The translations under genes and the position numbers were made by a program. The notes under the pieces are model-generated. The model was not told the DNA's origin and did no database searches. It was given only the letters and a program-made list of their open reading frames with translations. From Klebsormidium nitens (lineage: Eukaryota; Plantae; Klebsormidiophyceae), in NCBI GenBank assembly GCA_000708835.1, contig DF237460.1, positions 1 through 41,986 of the forward strand: a stretch of 41,986 nt of DNA, read 5' to 3'. This document shows positions 36,770 through 41,986 of this stretch, piece by piece (the stretch's first letter is position 1; each line of letters begins with the position of its first letter).

Positions 36770-38355
36770 TCACATGTGGACAACCTCCAGCTTGGGCTTC
36801 TTCGCGCCCAGGTCACAGTTGCTGGGGCACCGGTAGTTAAACGCCCCGCTCTCGGCTTTCTCCGCACGCGCGCGCATCTTCCGGAAGTAAACCTCCAGGC
36901 ACCGGTTGCAGTAGAGCGCGTGGTTGCACTTGTGGGCCGTCCCTTTTGCCGCGAGAATGATCATGCGCTGGCGCTCGGCGTCCCACTCCTCCAAGCAGAT
37001 TGCGCACACGTTGGAGTCGGCATCCGCCTGCTCGAAAGTCGCATATCTCAGAAACGTAGCGCAGATCTCACTTGGGGTCTGGATCGGTCTACATTTTTCG
37101 TTTCGCTTGTTCAAGCGTCTGTTATGTTTCTGTGCTTCTTCGTCGGAATGCTTAAAACAAGGGGAATCTGGGTCGGATCAAAAGAAGTTAAATTTCCTCT
37201 ATTTTTTTCGGGAATATTTCATACGTAGGAGAGGACGCACCCAAGGTTATTGCGGTATGGTCTGAAGTTAAGAAGGTCGCAAATGTGCAGAAGAGGAAGC
37301 AAAAGTTCACCCCAAGAGCCAGCGTCGCACCCCAAAGACCTCATGACCTGACACTCGGGATATATGCAGAACCTGCAAATTTTGCGGCCGTGTGGCCTTC
37401 CGCAAACGGTTCAGTGAGCGAGCCGCACCTTCCGCTTCTTTGCAGGGGGGGAGTTCTCCGTCAGCCTCAGCATCGGTTGCCTCTTGCCCGTGCCACTCGA
37501 CAGCAGCCGCACCTTCGCTTCCGTGTCAGCCTTCATTCCGTCCAGAACAGACTTCCGCTTCAGCAGCGTTCCGGTCTGCCGGGCGCCTCGTTCCGGTTCC
37601 GCTTTCGCTGGAGGAGCGCGGGCGAGCCCAGCTCGCATCGCCGCACGCTTCACTCTTTCACGGTAGAATGCCGCGATCTTCTGAGGATCCCGGAGAAGTG
37701 CTTCCGTCCGCACTTCCTTTCCCTCGATCCTCTTCACCCAAACGAGCTTGATGCACGAAGGGAGCTTGCTCGGGACCCCGTTAAGAAACGGAACCGCCGT
37801 CCCTGCAGTTCCCTGCTTCGCGAGGAACGGATTCTGATCGGTCACGCCCATCTTCTGACTTCCCCCGCCGAAGTGGGCGGTTCCAAATGCAGTGGGTCTC
37901 TCCTTAGGTTCACCTTGGCCGGGCCATTTCACACTAAGCCCGGTCCCGCTTGCACGGAGGGCGACTTCGCGTGGGGGCTTGTTCTCATTGGTGGCGGTAG
38001 CCACCAACTGGCTGCCGGGCATGTTCACACCGACCGGGTTTGCTGCACAGCCGGTCACGCCAACTTCGGTTGTTGGTGCCATCTTCTCCTTAGTCGTGTT
38101 CTCAGAGGCTCCATTTCCTGCACCCCCATTTGCGCCCGCCAGCACAGCCCCCCCATGCGCACTCCCGCTGTAGCCAATTGGATCATTAACCCGTTCACCC
38201 CCCCGGATCCGCTCATCCATGTACTGGGCGCAAAACGCCAGCTGCAGGTGCAGGGCGCGTGCGCGCTTTGCCGCATCGGCTGAGGGATCCCTTCGGGAGC
38301 GCTCCTCCTGCTCGAGTTTCGCGACGTGCAGATTTGCTGCGTACTTCTGAAGCTG
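36770..38355 (-). CDS. Nuclear protein with chromo-shadow-like segment and C-terminal RING finger; further 5' exons likely up to about 39669
   Basis: Exons 38355-37429 (309 codons, ending PPAKKRK|GTGCGG) and 37027-36770 join in phase 0. RING-like CAIC...CNHALYCNRC...CPSNC. Candidate upstream exons near 39669-39541, 39325-39262 and 39098-38890 could not all be phased. Confidence 0.75.
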
Positions 38356-40569
38356 CTAAAATGTCCAATCTGCACAACCGTACCACAGAGATTCAAAATC
38401 GAGGAAGGACGTCTAAAAGGGGTGTTGTCCCGGGCCCAGATTGACACTGATTTGGGAAAACGTTGGCGAAGCTAGAGGTTCTCATTTGGGCGAAACAGAG
38501 CCTCCAAAAGCTTCGACCCTTCGATGCAATCAAACTGCCTGATTCGGTAAGCCCACAGGTGAAAAGGCTGAATACGCTGCTCGCTCAGGAAATCTCTAAC
38601 GAAATCCCGGCTGGCGGGTTGACAAGCTGGCATTCGACTCTTGGATTGGCAGGACTTGTGAAGACAAGAAGGATTTTGTGCACAAATAAGAGGAACGAAT
38701 GGAAAGTTCATATTGCCCACGTCATTCATGATCAGCCTTACTACTTAGTGCCACTCAAATACCCGGGTCTAGACGCACTTCCCAACATCTTTCGATTGGC
38801 AAAGTTATATGTCTGTCACCGTTGTGTGCCAAACCGACATAGAAACAGTAAAAATTAAGTAGAGTATCCCGAATGTATCAGACTTGCCTCGCCACATGGC
38901 GACCAGTTTGGGGAGGACTGTGGGCTGTTGAAGTCCTGTTGCTTCGGCCGTTTGAGAGAGCGGGGCAGTCCTTGGTGCTGCAAGTGCGGCCGCACTGACT
39001 AAGACTCGATGCGGGCTGAGGGAAGCCTTCTGCCACCCGCTTTCGATATCCGGCTTTGTGTTCATCATGTGTCCAGCCTCGAGGGGAGTACTGGGATTGT
39101 CGCGGCTCTGCGGGATTCAAGGGAAGCATGATATTATCAGTGAATCTTAAGTGGGGATCCAAAGAGGCAACTTTCTTTTCTTGTCACAAGGTCCCACGAA
39201 GGCGAGTTCTGGAGCTCCCTTCTGGCAATATCATGGCAGTAAAAAGTGCCATGCATATTACAAACTTGAAGACCGAGTCCGCATGGGCCACGCAGGCCGA
39301 CCACTCAGTCTTGGGGAACCCATGCTGAACGTGTCTTGCACTTACGTCTAAGAACTTGCACGAGCCGCGTTTCCGAATGAGAAAGTGTTCGTTAAGAACC
39401 GGCTGATCATGTGACACGCATTCAGTTACAAAACGGTGTATGTGTTAACGGTTGAGCTACATGACGCCAAGCTTTGCAGGGCATAGGCTGTGAATTGTCG
39501 CTTCGAATGACTGGGGCATTGTTAATAGCTCGGCCGATACCTGCTTGGGACGATAAAGAGCGAGCGCCTTCTTCTTGTCTTCAGCGTACATGATCGACTG
39601 AGCGGCGGCCTGGTACCGTTGTGTAGAAGGTCGAACGTCGTCGTCTGTGCAAATAATGACCCTGTTCATTGAGATGCCGGAGCGTGCAAAGCATGATCAA
39701 GACAATTTGAATCAATCAACTGATCCGTGATCTATGGCAAATGCCCCGGTCATTATGAGCGGTGGTATGTGGATCATGTGGATTTGGATTGAATTCGGAT
39801 TCAAGGCCTTTTGAGGAACGAGCGGCCTTGACAACGCCAGTCAGTGTATAAATTTGTGACATGCAACAAATGCCCTTTTTGGACAGTGGTAGCAGCACAC
39901 TGCTGCGGTCAGCATACCGTCTTTATTCAATCCTAGCCAGAGCTAGCCATAAGCTGGTCGGAACTCGTTTTGCTTGATGACATGCAAGCACGAAAGGGTC
40001 CAAATGGGACTACCTAGCTGTTTCCCCTCTCTCCAATTGAAGCGCAGATTACGAGCTTAGCTACAGCCGCTGTGCGCTACTTCAAGTCGTTTCGAACAGT
40101 CCAACGTATCCTTTCGACGGACGCTGCAAATCGGTCCACATGGCTTTTGCGAGCGACTGCAAAGGTGGGCTTTCTGTCGCCGTGTTGGGACATGTTCCGT
40201 CCTTGCAATCACGGTTGGATCGACGACAGTGCTAATGAGGGATCCCTGGGTCTTTGCGGGCAGCTGCAGATGAGATTGCCAGGGCAGACTCCCTTCGAGT
40301 CTGGATCAGTCAGCGGTACTTACCGTGAATGCAGAGCAGCGTAGGTGCGTACTGGCGCTCAGCTGAGTTCAAAAGCTGAAGGTGCAGAGAACGTCGACCG
40401 GTGGGTGGAAATTTGCTGGGCACGACTGCGCGGTGTCTGGATAATCGGTCGGTCTCGCAAACTCGGGAAATGTGAGGCGACTTGCAATCGGACGGCCACG
40501 ATTCAGGAAGAAGTTGACGTTTCGTACGTGCTGTACGGCGGGCCGCAAAAATGCTTGTGCTTTCGATGG

Positions 40570-41986
40570 AGCCGGCCGCCCAATCGATTCACTACCAATG
40601 AATTGATGCAAATTCTACCTAATCTGGAAAATAATAAAGCAGTGGGACTCGATCTAATGCCGAATGAAGCCATCAAGCATGGTGGGAACGCTCTATGCAA
40701 AAGCATGCTCACACTATTTAACGGATTCTGGCAATCGGAAATCACCCCAGGTATATGGGCAAAAGCCTCGGTGCATCTCGTTTACAAGGGCAACGATGCG
40801 GACTTACTTGCAGTCGATTCTTACCGGCCAATCTCGCTCACATCAAATCTAATGAAAGTTTTTGAGCGTGCCATTTACAATCGATGCACACACAAGCTCG
40901 ATGCCACCGACCACTTGCCCGACGAACAAGCTGGTTTTCGTGCCGGACGATCTTGCTTGGATCAAATATACATACTTCGCGAACTACTAGACTCCTTCCG
41001 TGCTGCCAAAAAAGGGGTATGCGCTTGCTTCATCGATTTGAAACAAGCATTTCCCTCGACCTGGCGAGACGCAATATGGCACCGCCTTCGAGAGGCAGGT
41101 ATAGCTGGCCGAATGTTCCGGATAATGCAATCCCTGTACCTGAATAATGAGTCCGCTATCATAACCCCATATGGCCTAACTGACGCTTTTAAAACCGACC
41201 TTGGAACACGACAAGGTGCGGTGTTGAGCCCACTTTTGTTTTCAGTAGTAATCTCCCCTCTTTTAGATGAATTAAGAGAAAAAGCACTCGGCGTCCGATT
41301 TGCTACCCTCCTCATTCCCGGACTCTTTTACGCTGACGATATCGTTCTTCTAGCCGAAAGCCCCAACCAACTTCGAGAAATGCTCAATCATACGATCATA
41401 CGTCAATCTTTTTTCGCAGATGGCGCTTCATTGTAAATCAGAAAAAATCAAAAGTAGTCGTTTTTGGCCACGAATTCCTAACGCCGAGCGATCGTGCAGA
41501 CTGCATGTTTTTTCTCTCTGGCCTTCAGATTCAAGTGCAAGAATTTTATAAATACCTTGGAGTTATCTTTCAGGCTGATGGCAAATGGAATCTTACAATC
41601 GACCAAAGCATGCTCAAAGCTCAGAAAACACTTGGCGAACTAATCCAAGCAGGGATCGGCGAAGATGGCTTGCAAATAGGGCATAGCACGCCTATATATC
41701 TCATGTGCGCTGCCTCAACTTCTCTATGGATCCGAAATTGTATCACTCAACCCTTCTCTACTAAAATTGATGGAAACACACCTTCATAAAGCTGCCCGCA
41801 ACATCTTTGGAAAGAAAGGAAATTGCAACGTCATATTTGAAGCTCTCAGGGGCGACCTTGGTTGGCTCTCAATGGATTCGCAATTCAATCTCGCCAAAGC
41901 TCGCTTCTTTGGCTACCTTTGCCGCTGTGCCGATAACCGCCTCTTGAAAAAAGTTTTTCTAGCTCGTTACGCCGAACTAGTTGGGA
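40570..41986 (+). mobile_element. Non-LTR retrotransposon (LINE) reverse transcriptase, 5'-truncated, two frameshifts, continues past the window end
   Basis: KAVGLD, YRPISLTSNLMKVFE, EQAGFRAGRSC, FIDLKQAF, GTRQGAVLSPLLF, YADD (41329-41340), YKYLG, PQLLYGSEI, EALRGDLGW. Frameshifts at an 8-nt duplication (41387-41402) and near 41700. No endonuclease domain upstream. The 5' boundary is approximate. Confidence 0.93.

Noticed and set aside
40345-40570. N-terminal 75 codons of the 363-aa ORF as part of the LINE protein
   Set aside because: No endonuclease or RT similarity before about 40570. It looks like flanking DNA that happens to be open in frame with the truncated element.

Overview
This is eukaryotic nuclear DNA that is intron-rich, with GT-AG introns, CTRAC/CTAAT branch points and GC-rich exons. 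Gene content and splice style suggest a green alga or streptophyte alga such as Klebsormidium (inference only). By hand-splicing I reconstructed seven spliced protein-coding genes: TFIP11/STIPL1 (-), head-to-head with CtIP/SAE2/COM1 (+); a helical protein with a C-terminal MYND finger (-); an SDR with a signal peptide (+); a histidine phosphatase/PGM-like gene (-); an atypical protein kinase (+); and a chromo-shadow-like + RING protein (-). Mobile DNA comprises a TA-flanked Tc1/mariner-type MITE, two short MITEs that share a core but have unrelated TIRs, and a 5'-truncated, frameshifted LINE RT running off the right edge. The most interesting observations are: (i) one MITE sits in-frame inside a coding exon between two same-phase splice donors; (ii) the shared-core, different-TIR MITE pair; (iii) a tandemly duplicated exon segment whose differences are almost all synonymous; (iv) the chromo-shadow-like + RING architecture; (v) an apparently secreted SDR. 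Exon models come from reading the sequence only and need RNA-seq confirmation. No rRNA, tRNA or CRISPR array was found.
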